A model generated the notes under the pieces. The model was not told where the DNA came from. It ran no database searches and saw only the letters and a list, made by a program, of their open reading frames with translations. The position numbers were made by a program, and so were the translations under genes. Positions 1 through 11,719 of a stretch of 64,000 bases of DNA are shown here, one piece after another (the stretch's first letter is position 1; each line of letters opens with the position of its first letter). The DNA is from Naegleria gruberi (taxonomy: Eukaryota), in the NCBI GenBank assembly GCA_000004985.1, contig GG738859.1. One strand, 5' to 3'.

Positions 1-91
1 AGTCAACAAGTAGTAGTAGTAGTTAATAATAGTATATACACTCTTTATCACTCTCATCAATCACACACAAATACATATAAAAAGAGAGTAA

Positions 92-3000
92 ATGTCATCA
101 AAAAGATCTAATTTATTACTCTCTAAAGATTATCAAAGTAAAAAATCATCAAAACAAACAACAAATCAAAATAATGATGATGATGAAAATCTAACACAAG
201 AAGATAAAATTAATAGAAGAGTACAAAGTGTATTAAAAACACTTCCATCTAAAAAGGATGAAAATTTAATTAAATTTAAATCATTCTATGAATGTATTAA
301 AGATGTTAAAATACTTTCGGAAGTACAATTTGATACTTATAGAAAAGAAGAATCAAAGAATGAACATGATTCAACTACTTTTTTATATGATAAAATGTTA
401 GAATGGGATGAATTGAATTTAACTGTATGTTATTTATATTCTCAATATTTAATTTATAATTTACAATAATAATAGAAACATTATATTCAATTTAGATCAA
501 ATATTCAATCATTTGTTAGAACATTACCTGAAATGATACATCACAAAGAAACTATTTGTGATATTTTTGTTAATCATTTAAGAATTAAGGATTCTCTTGC
601 TTATCAACCTATTTTAGAGTAAGTAGTAGTTTTTATTTTTCATTACAATAATATTAAATATTCATTACAATAATATTAAATATTTAAAAAAACAGTCTAG
701 TAACAATATTTGCTAAAGATTTACGACAAGAATTTTATCCATTATTTCCACGTTTATTTTATCCAATAGTATATAATATAAGTTCTGATAATATAGAATT
801 GAATGGATTAATATTTAAAAGTTTAGCATTTTTATTTAAATATTTACAAAAATATATTATTAAAGATATATCATTATGGTTTGAAAAGTATAGTAAAATA
901 CTTTCACATAAGAAATGGTATATTAGAAAATTTGCAGCTGAAAGTTTTTCATTTTTAATTAACAAACTTTCAGATGAAGAATTAAAAATTTATGTTGAAA
1001 AAGTTTTTAATTTATTAATTGAAAAACCATCACAAATAATGTATGATGGTGTTAGTCAAATGTTTTTTGAATCAATGAAAGGTATTTTAGGTAATTTACA
1101 TTCTAAAATGTCAAGATTATTACCTTTATTATTTAGACAATTAAATTGGAATTTAAATTATAATGGTACTATTAAACAACAATTAGCTGATATTGGTAAC
1201 AAATTTACTTTAATTGAAAAATGTTTAATTTTATTAAGAGATTATTCTAAAAATAAGTTAATTGCTAAACAAATTTGGGATTTATTTGTTATTGAAATTA
1301 AATTTTTAATTAATTCTATTAATTTAAATAATAATAATAATAATAATCAAATTAAATATTAATAATAATTTAAATAATATTAAAAATAATTTAAATAATA
1401 TTAAAAATTTAAATAATTTAAATAATAATGAATATTTAAATATTCAAATAGGATATTTTATACAATTAATTAGAACATTTAATACTATTGAAAAATATAA
1501 TGAAGAATCAATTTATTTAATTTTAAATTTATTAAATAGTAAAAATCTATTAATAGAATTTAATGCTCAATCATCACAAGCATTATTTTCATTTATTTCT
1601 GATATAATTGAAACATTACAAAGATCAGATATAATTGAAAATGTTAATAATTTATTATTTAATTGTTTTTATATTAAAGATAAACAAACAGTTTATACTT
1701 TTTATAGAAAATTAATGAAAACAATTGGAAATGAACAAGAATCAAATACAATTGTTAAAGAATTTTTAAGATTTGTTAATGATGATATTAATTATAATTT
1801 TGATTCAACTGTTGCTTTTTTATTAAATTTTATTCATACTAATACTACTAGTAATAGTAATTTAGATACAAATTTGGAATATACTTTATTATCTGATAAA
1901 AATTCTAAATTTATTCAAATTATTTATAACAAATTTATTGAAATTATTTCAAATATTAAATCACAACAAGATTTAATTCAATTTTCAAAACAATCAAATT
2001 CTTTATTATTATTATGGTCTATTTTAAATATTTTATCTATTTATGGTAAAAAATCAGATCAATATTTAAAAAATTTATATGAAAATGTTTATAAATTTTT
2101 ATTACAATTTATTAAATTAATTGATCAAAGTCAATATGAAAAGAAGGAATTACAATTATTACAAATTATTATTGCACAATCTTTAACTTTATTAAATCAA
2201 GTTTTACATTTCTATAATAAGAATTTTAATAATTTAATTGAAATTGTTATGGAAATTTCATGTAAATTTGGTTCATCATTACAAGTTTTAATTTCATGTA
2301 ATCAATTAATTGATAATGTAGAGTAGGTTTTTATTTTAATTTTTAATTTTAATTTTATTTAATTTTAATTTAATTTTAATTTTTAATTTTAAATAGTTCC
2401 AATTTATTAACAAATGATAAATTTAAAATAATTGCAGAATCATTAAAATCCAATCTTCAAAGTAAATCTGATAATCTAAGATTAGAAACATTAAAATATT
2501 TAACTAAATTTGAACAAGATGAAATTCAAAAAGGAATTGTTCTTAATAAGGTAGAAACTACTAAATGTGTAGTTTTAGAATTTTTAAGAGATTCAGAAGA
2601 ATGTGGATTTGATTGGGATCAATCACGTAATCGTACAGTTTTATTAGAAAAGGCTAATGAATTTTTAAAACGTTACACCATTCCACAAATTTACAAAACT
2701 TTAATTTCTAATTATGTATTTGGTTCATATTTTACAAAATATCAAATTGTATGGGAACCAACAAGTAATTTAGCATCAACAATGATGAGAATTAATTTTA
2801 AAGAATTTTGGAATTTATTAATACCAATTATTTCAAATATTTATCAAAAATGTAAGTTTTTTTTAATTTTATTTAATATTTTAATTTAATTTTAATTAAT
2901 AATATAATTTAATATTTAATATTTTTAATAATATAATAATATAATAACAAATCAGATGGAGAATATAAAAAAACACATTATAAATCAATGATTTATAAAT

Positions 3001-6000
3001 CTAAAAAAAGAGATGAAGAAACTAGTTTAAATTTTGAATCATTTTCTAAACAAGTTAAAAAAATAGAAAAGATTTCAGATATAGAAACTATATTTTTAAA
3101 AATTATTAAAGATGTTTCTAAACAACATACAGATTATTCAACATATTTAGATATGATATTTAATATATTTATAAATGGAGCAAGAGATTCTAAAAAAGAA
3201 GATGATATATTATTAGTATTTAATTCCTTTTATGAAAATGAATTTAAAGAATATGATATTGAAGAAGTTGTTAATTTTATTACTAGAAATCCAATGACTG
3301 GTCGTTTAGAAAAATTATTAAATTTAATTTCAGAATTTAATGAAGATTTCTTTAAAAAGGAAAAATCTAAATTTATCAAATCAGTTATTTTTAGATTATT
3401 TTCAACTTCAACAATATCAATTCAATTATTATCTTTAAAATGTTTACAAAAGTTTAATTTACCATATTTAACAAGTAAAACTGTTAAAAATTTACAAAAA
3501 GTAATTTCATCTAATAGAAGTGTTGAACATTTATCTAAATTAGATTTTATTAATATTCCAAAACAATATAAACAAGAATATATTCATTTACATTTAAAGG
3601 TTATTGAACCTTATTTATTAATGTTTGATATGACTAAAAAGAGAGGTAAAAATTCTAAAGATGCAATGATTAAAAAATGGAAAATTAGAGTTCATCAAGT
3701 TATTGAATTTTTAGGTCAATTACCAAAAGAAACACTTGAATATTTTATTAACATGTTATTTAATAGATTTAAATCTATTGATAATAATAATGGTAATGAT
3801 AGTAATATTGATAGTAATATTGAGAGTACAAATACTAATAATAGTGATGGTAAATTTGCTGAAGATTTAATCAAGGCAAATACATTCCAGTTACGTTGGT
3901 TATTAGATATTATTGAAGAAATTTTAACATGTTTAACTGGAAATTATCATTACTTTTATAATCAAGTATTGGATTTATTAATTACTATTATTGAATTGAG
4001 AGTTGATGCTCATGAAATGGAAGTTGATCAAGAAGAAGAAGAACAAAAATTACTTGAACAACAATTACTTGAACAAGAAGAAGAAGAAGAAGAAGATGAT
4101 GAACAAGATGAATCATCCACTATTAAAGATTCTGATAGTAAATCATCTGAAAAATCAGACAAGATGACTGATGAAGTTGATGATGAAGATGATGACCAAG
4201 ATGATGATGATGATGAATCTACTGCTACTTCTATTCAAACTACTTCTACTACTAAATCAACTATTGCTAAATCTACTACTTCTACCACAACTACAACAAC
4301 TGATAATAATACTAGCTACTACTGTTAATAAGAAACCAATTATTAGACAATATTATAAACCAGCATCATCTAAACAAAAAGTATCATTAACATTAACATT
4401 TAAAAGAGCAGTTGAATTACTTGAATTATTCTTTGATAGAAAACAAGAATTTGATTATAGTATTGAATTTACATCACACGTAATTTCATTATTTACAAAA
4501 TTCTTTGAAAATATTAATAAGAAATCATCAAGAATTGAAGAATTACCTTCTTACTTTTCAATTTTATTTTCATGGTTTGATAAACCTAAACTTTATTATT
4601 TAATTAAATATTATGAAAAGGAATTAATATTTAAATTTATTGAATTAATTGATCAATATAATGTTTCTAATGTTGTATTTGATCAAGTTTTATCTATTTT
4701 TGATAAAATATTATCAAATAAGGATGAAATTTTTATGAATTTAAATCCAAACTTTTCAAAAATTACAACAGATATTGAAAATGGTTTAACTATTGGTATG
4801 AAAATATTTGAACCTTCAATTATTAATCAAATTTTAATTGCATTTTATAATTTATTTATTGAATCTAATTATTCATCTAAATCTATTAATAATAATAATA
4901 ATAATAATAATTATAAATCTAAAAATAATAGTTATAATAATAATAATAATAATAATAATAATTTAAACAAATTAAATGATGAATTAAATGAACAATCAAA
5001 TGAAAAACAAGAATTTTCTAAAAAATGTTTTAAATTAATTGATAAAATGAAAGGTTATTTTGATGAAACATCACCTGCTGATATTATTTTAACCTTTTAT
5101 GGAACATCAATTAGAGATGGATCTTCTTTAAATGAAGATGAAGCACGTGTTTTATTACATTTATTTAAAAAATATTTACCATATTCAAGTGAATCTATTA
5201 AAACATTATATATTATACATTTTTCTAAAATGTTTATTTATAATAATGAAACTATATTTAGAAATCAAATTTGTGATATAATTGAAAAATTAGCAATTGG
5301 ATTTAATAATGAAAAATTAAAATTTACATCTAAAATTATTAATGGATTAAATGCACAAATTGAATCACATTTAACAAATTTAGATACATCATCTAGAATT
5401 GAAATATTTAAAGAATTAAATTCAAATTTAAATATAATTTCAAATTTAAATGAAATTGAATTATTTCCAATTATAGGTAATTTAATATTCTTTTTAGGAC
5501 ATAAAGAATGGATATTACGTGATTCATCTTCACAATCATTATTAAATATTATTGAAATTATTAAATTTAATAATGAAATGAAAGAAATTAAAAGATTATT
5601 AATTTTACATGTTAAAAGATTATCATTTTCAGATAAATTATTAGAAAAGAGTGAATCAATGTTAGTTTATTCTAAAATGATTGATCAATTTATTGAATTG
5701 GAAAATTTAAAACCATTTTCAAAATCATTAGAATTAATTTCAAATGTTAATTATCAAAAGAAATTAGAAGGTTTACAAATTATTAATTCTATTTTAATTC
5801 CAATTGAAAAATGTAAAATTCAACAAGATTATATTTATCAAATTGTACCTCCACTCATTTATGAATTAATGGTAATTAATGATAAATCTATTCAAGATTT
5901 AGTTAAACAATTATGTATTTATTTAGTAACTGTTTTAGATTGGAATTATTCACATCCAATTTTAAATCAATTAGTTACAATGATGGGTACATATGGTTTA

Positions 6001-9000
6001 AAGGTTTTATCAAAGAGAAAGAAATTAGCATTGGATATTATATGTCAAATTGTTGATGTATTTCCATTTGATAAAATTAATGATCATGGTTTTAATAGTA
6101 GTTATAGTTATAATAATAGAAATGATAATAATAGATATAATAATAGAAGACATGAATCAGAAGAACCATTATCAAATAGTACAGTTACTATTGAAAAGGA
6201 TACTACAAATGATGATGATGATAATGATGCAGACGACAATGAAATGATTGATGAAAATGAAATTCCAAAAGGTAGAAGAATGAAGAGATATTTCATGAAA
6301 GATTTCATTCCAAAAGTAACAAAATTCCTTTGGGATAAGAAATTAGAAATTTATGTCATGCGTATGCAAGTTTGTTTCTTAATTATTAAAGTATTAAGAA
6401 GATGTGATAAAACACAATTAGATGTACATTTATCTAAAATGGTATTAGATGTATTAGGTAAATTAAAGAGTAAAGATGAAGAACAACAACAAGTTGCTGG
6501 TAAAGCATTAATTGACATGTTTAAAGAATTGGGAAGTTCATATTGAAAGTAATGTCATCAGATCACAAAACTACTCACATTATTACACAAGCTGTACATT
6601 CAGTCATGTTAATTTTATTGAATGAAAATACATATCCACCTTTAAAAACATTTAAAAAGAGAAAAGTTTCACGTTTTGATATTGAAAAGGCACAAGATTA
6701 TGAAAATCAATCATCAATAGGTGAAAATTCAGTTTCATTAACTGCATCTGATAGTTCTTCATCAAAACATTTCAAATCAAAACATGAAAATACTTTATTT
6801 AATTGTTTTGAATTATTAGGTTCAATTATTGATATTAAGAAGAGTTTATCATATATTATTAATGATATTAATTTCAAAATTAGAATTGTACATAATGCTG
6901 AAATTTTAAAGAGATTTGAATTTGTATTTAAATTTTTATTGAAAGGTTTAATGAGAAATAGACAAGTTATTCAATCTAATCAATCTATTACTAATACTAT
7001 TACTAATAATACTACTACTAAACAATCTAATCAATCTAATAATAATAGTGAAATGTTATTAAATGTAATTAAAAATGAATTATATCATTATAGATTATAT
7101 AAAAAGAATTTTACAACAATAACAGATGGAGAACAAGATAGATTTCATTCTGTTAAAACTACTAAAGATAGAAAGGAAGAAAATTTCCTTGTACAAAAAG
7201 AACCAGGTAGACTTGGTGCAATTGATCAAGCTAATGATATGAAAATGAAATTATTAGCAGGATTAATTGATAATTCACATATTATTGTACAATTTTATTT
7301 AAAAATGTTTGAAAAATGTATTAAAAGATTTAAAATTCAAGTAGATAAACATTTAGAAATGATGAATGAAATAATACCATTATTATTAAAATATGTTAGT
7401 GGTAATCATTTAAATGTAGCATTGGTTTCATTTAGAATTTTAATTGAAATTTGTAAACGTACACCTAAAGTATTTAAAATATTAGAAGATTCTAAACAAT
7501 TATTATTAAATTCTACATTTGATATATTAACAAATTCAGGTATTGATTCTACAAATTTAGAAACATGGGAAACTATATATACAGGTATTAAATATTTTTT
7601 ACAATCTGATATTTCACATAAATATCCATTATCATTAGGACAATTAGATATTTTATTAGATATGTTAAAAATTGAAATTTCATCAACTAGAAAAACCTAT
7701 TCAATTCAAACATTTCAAATTTTATCAAATTTAATTGATAATAAGGTACAAATACCACAAATTTATGATTTAATGGATAAATCAATTACAATTATGTTAA
7801 CTACACTTGAAATGGAAATACAAAAAACTATAGTTGAAATGTTGGTTAATTTTTATTTAAATTATCCATTTACAAATGAAGTATTACAAGACAAGTTAAA
7901 TTATTTATTTAAAAATGTTTTAAATGAAAATATGTCAAATGAATCTAAATTATCAATTTTAAATTTAATTCAAACTATAATTAAAAAATTTCCAAATAAT
8001 TTCCTAAATGATAAAACTGAATTAATTTATTATCCTCTAATTTTAGAATTAGAAAAACAATGTAAAAAACGTGTTATTGCAGGTGATAACAAATCAATTT
8101 CATCAATTGTTTCAAAATTAAGAGAAACTTTACAATTTTTTATTAAAATATTAAATGATGAAAATTTAATTAAAATTATTAAAATTACAAATGATTGGAT
8201 TTTAAATGAAAAGAAATTAAAACCAATTGGAGTTAATTCTATTTTAATTTTATCAAATGTATCAAATGGTAGTAAATTAAAATCATCATCAGAATTTTAT
8301 GAAAATATGATACCTCAATTAATTTCTATAATTGAAAATTCAGATACAAATTTAGAAAAATATCCAAGTTTAGTATTAGAAACATTGGAATGTTTTTATT
8401 CATTATTTTCACAATCTATTATTTCATTCCAACATGTTGATGAAATTTGGAATTCCTTATTAAAAATAATTTGTGATGAAAATGATTTGAGAAGTGAAAT
8501 TAGATTAGAATCTTTGAAAATCTTTGAATTATTTGTTTCTAAAAAGAAGAAGAATGAATCTAAAATTTTAAATCATTTACAATATTTAGAACAAATGTCA
8601 ATTTCAATTATAGAATTATTTAAATCACAATATATTAATGATACAAATGTAATTGTAATTGTTAAAGTTTTAATTTATTTATTTAAATTATTAGATTCTA
8701 ATAATGGAAGTGAAATTTTACATAAATTATTTAAATCTTTACGTAAAATTTCAAATCAAACATTTGATTTTGACACCAATGAAAATATTACATTTAGAAG
8801 AATGAATATTTTAAAGTTATTTATAGGTTTAGCTTCTAAATATGGTAATCAATTACAACCTTATTTAATTTACATGACACCATTAATTTATAGATGTTGT
8901 GAATTTTCAAATAGAGATAAATCAATTGTAACAATTGAATTGGAGAAATTTGCTAAAGAATCTAAACAATTAATTCAACAATCATTAACAGATTCAAATT

Positions 9001-9242
9001 TATTTGTTCAAGCTTATGAAGAAGGTAGAAAATTAGTTGAAAGTAAAAGTGAAAAGAAATCAAAATCTAAAGAACAATCAATCATATCAAAACCATCACA
9101 ATATGCTAAAAAGAGATTGGAATCAAATTCTAAAAAGAATGATACTAAAAAGAGAAAGTTAAAAGAATCTTTTAATCAACCAACTGTACAAATATCATCA
9201 TCTGGTAATGTACAACAAGTTAAAAAGAAGAAGAAGAAGTAA
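92..9242 (+). CDS. UTP20: UTP20 (small-subunit processome component 20 / DRIM) homolog. Multi-exon gene: E1 92..424, E2 476..618, E3 696..2322, E4 2397..2851, E5 2956..9242.
   Basis: Strong matches to UTP20 N-terminal blocks: WDELNLT|KHYIQF (human WRELNLTEHFGKF), DSLAYQPILDLV (NSFAYQPLLDLV), KDISLWFEKYSKILSHKKWYIRKFAAESFSFLINKLSD (KDMSSIYSMYSTLLAHKKLHIRNFAAESFTFLMRKVSD). Lys-rich C-terminus. Introns with GTATGT/GTAAGT/GTAGGT donors at 425..475, 619..695, 2323..2396, 2852..2955 restore frame. Three further frame breaks (about 1328-1359, 4290-4325, 6525-6543) are not explained by canonical introns. Confidence 0.8.
4886..4966 (+). repeat. (AAT)n coding microsatellite (poly-Asn tract) inside UTP20. 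Representative of many such tracts in this window.
   Basis: Perfect aat repeats read directly in the sequence. They translate to NNNNNNNN in the gene frame. Confidence 0.7.
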
Positions 9243-9412
9243 TTTAATTTAATTGATTTGGAAATTGAATTGATTTGAATTATATAATAAAATAAATATT
9301 ATTTAAAATGTTATTGGTGAATATTGTGAATTCATATATGACATGTATTGATAGAGAGAGATGATTCTCATTGTCATTTTGAAACATTTGGTAGTTATCA
9401 TGATTAATTAAA

Positions 9413-11662
9413 ATGTTAAATTTGCTTGTACAAACTTCCAATACCAATACTACTAGTCAACAACAACATGAACAACAACATGAACATTCTCATCATAATG
9501 GAACATGTTCTGCACCTATTAATATTGTGAATAATCAATCATCATCATCATCATCCTATTTAACAACAAATCATTCACCATCACATTCACTAGTTGTGAA
9601 TTTAAATGAAAATCATACCATTAATACATTAAATCATCATCATCATCACTCTAATAATATCAATAATAATATAAATAGCAATCAACATCATTCTACCAGT
9701 ACCAGCACTAGTAATATTAATAGTAATAGTTTAAATAATCAAAATATTGAAAATAAATTAAAAAAGAAAAAGAAAGAAGAAACATGTCAAAAACAATCCA
9801 CCACTATTAATAGTAATAATAATAGTATTATTAATAGAAATCATCGTATTTCAAATAATTCATCATTATTTCCTAATAATACTACTAATACTCATAATAA
9901 TACTACTACTCATAATAATACGAATACTCATAATAATAATACGAATACTAAAAAATCCAATCATTCTAATATAGCTTGGAATGGAAAAGTAAATCATACA
10001 AATATATCAAATAGTAATATGACTATTAATAATACATTATCAAATAATAATACAAATAACAATAATAGTAATGGTAATAGAGAGAGTAATAATAGTAATA
10101 TATCATCAACCATTCATCATCACAATCATCATACTCATCACCATAATCATCACAATCACCACAATAGTAACCATAATTATCAGAGTTTACCACCTCAATC
10201 AAGTACAAATGCTTTTTCATCTTCCTATCAACAACAACAACATAGTTTTTATTCCGAAAAAAGTTTTAACAATTCATCTTCTTCATCATCAACATCAAAT
10301 AGTACATTAAATAATTCAAATAATAATAATAATATGGGCAGTACTACAAATAATCATCATCATCACCATCAACATCATCATCGAAATAATACTAATAATA
10401 ATAATAGTATGAATAAGAATGGTAAACAAAGAATGAATCATCAATCCAATAATAATAATAGTAATAATAATAATAACAATGAAAATAATTCATCATTTAA
10501 AAGAATGAAAAATAATAATTTATATGAATTATTATTAATATGTAAAAGTAGAACAATTATTAATGATCAATTTAATATTTCTTTACCTGATACAAATATA
10601 TATAGCTTTTTTAAACATGTAACACCTAAATATAGTAGTTATGAAAATCAAGAATTATTAAATAATTATAAATTAAAAGATTTATGGAATTTTTATGATG
10701 AACCATATGGTGTTGGTATTCCAATTAAATTACCAAAACATTCAAATAGAGAGAGTGTTTATTTTGTACCACATTTAAGTGCAATTAAATTAGTTGCTAC
10801 TAATATTAATACTACTACTACTACTAGTAGCAGTACATTAATTAATAATATTAATAATATTACTGAATCAACAACTGAATCAATAACATCTAATAGTAGT
10901 TCTAATAGTAGTAGTAATAATAATGTGACTTGTAATACTTGTAATAATCAACAACAACAACAATTGAATGATCAAGCAGCTGATGAAAATTCAGATAAAA
11001 TTTTATTTGAATTTTATGAAACAGTTACACCTGATTTGAGATATCCATTCATTGATAAAATGGAAGAATTATCTAAGGATTGTCCATTCTTAATGGAAGG
11101 TACAATTAGTGAATTAAATTTAGATAAGAGTTGGTTTTCAATTGCATGGTATCCAATTTTATGTCATAATCATACAATGAATTGGTTAAAAGGACAAATG
11201 ATTACCTATCACAAATTATCACCATCCTATCATGCTATTGATACAAGCTTTTTATCTTGTGTTAAACCTAAAAATGAATTTGATGAATTAATTAATGAAA
11301 AGAAATTATCAGCAAATTTGAATATTAATAATAATAATAGCAGTAATAGTAGTAGTACATCAACATCACCAGCTTTATCAAATATTCAATATTATTCACC
11401 TATTATTGGATTCTTACCTTACAAATTAAGAAATGAAACTTGGTTTTATGATTTTAAGAGAGGAAATAATCAATTAACAGCACCACTTTATTTATTACAA
11501 TCTTGTCATAGATTACAACGATTCTCCAATCCAAATACTATGCATCCTGATTACCATCATTGTTTGAAAAATAGTCCAGAATTAGGTCTCATTCCACATT
11601 TCCATCAATCCTCAAACAATAACCATCACAACAATAATGGTAATAACTCAATAAAAGAATAG
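9413..11662 (+). CDS. DUF789-domain protein with His/Asn/Ser-rich low-complexity N-terminal half
   Basis: C-terminal block ILFEFYETVTPDLRYPFIDKMEELS...DKSWFSIAWYPI matches the plant DUF789 signature (xxFEYFExxxPYxRxPLxDKI ... SWxSVAWYPIYRIP). Single 749-aa ORF. Poly-His runs HHHHHS and HHHNHHTHHHNHHNHHNSNHN. Confidence 0.7.
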   Translation: MLNLLVQTSNTNTTSQQQHEQQHEHSHHNGTCSAPINIVNNQSSSSSSYLTTNHSPSHSLVVNLNENHTINTLNHHHHHSNNINNNINSNQHHSTSTSTSNINSNSLNNQNIENKLKKKKKEETCQKQSTTINSNNNSIINRNHRISNNSSLFPNNTTNTHNNTTTHNNTNTHNNNTNTKKSNHSNIAWNGKVNHTNISNSNMTINNTLSNNNTNNNNSNGNRESNNSNISSTIHHHNHHTHHHNHHNHHNSNHNYQSLPPQSSTNAFSSSYQQQQHSFYSEKSFNNSSSSSSTSNSTLNNSNNNNNMGSTTNNHHHHHQHHHRNNTNNNNSMNKNGKQRMNHQSNNNNSNNNNNNENNSSFKRMKNNNLYELLLICKSRTIINDQFNISLPDTNIYSFFKHVTPKYSSYENQELLNNYKLKDLWNFYDEPYGVGIPIKLPKHSNRESVYFVPHLSAIKLVATNINTTTTTSSSTLINNINNITESTTESITSNSSSNSSSNNNVTCNTCNNQQQQQLNDQAADENSDKILFEFYETVTPDLRYPFIDKMEELSKDCPFLMEGTISELNLDKSWFSIAWYPILCHNHTMNWLKGQMITYHKLSPSYHAIDTSFLSCVKPKNEFDELINEKKLSANLNINNNNSSNSSSTSTSPALSNIQYYSPIIGFLPYKLRNETWFYDFKRGNNQLTAPLYLLQSCHRLQRFSNPNTMHPDYHHCLKNSPELGLIPHFHQSSNNNHHNNNGNNSIKE

Positions 11663-11719
11663 TTTTTTTTAAAGTAATAGTTTTCACATTGTTTTCTCTT
11701 CACAAACTCTGATAATTTA

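Noticed and set aside
92-469. 125-aa ORF as an independent gene
   Set aside because: It is exon 1 of UTP20. It splices via GTATGT (425) to 476, giving WDELNLT-KHYIQF, which matches human UTP20 WRELNLTEHFGKF. The ORF tail beyond 424 is intron read-through.
6108-6308. Short antisense or alternative-frame ORFs inside large genes (e.g. 6108..6308 -, 10026..10220 -, 13407..13610 +, 38972..39271 +, 42294..42629 -)
   Set aside because: These are low-complexity mirror ORFs (poly-L/I/Y/V from the reverse or shifted reading of Asn/Asp/Glu-rich coding tracts). There are no start contexts or homology.
4171-9242. ORFs 4171..6546 and 6543..9242 as separate genes
   Set aside because: Both are continuous with UTP20 homology (HEAT-repeat body and Lys-rich C-terminus). 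They are separated only by 1-nt frame changes, not by gene boundaries.
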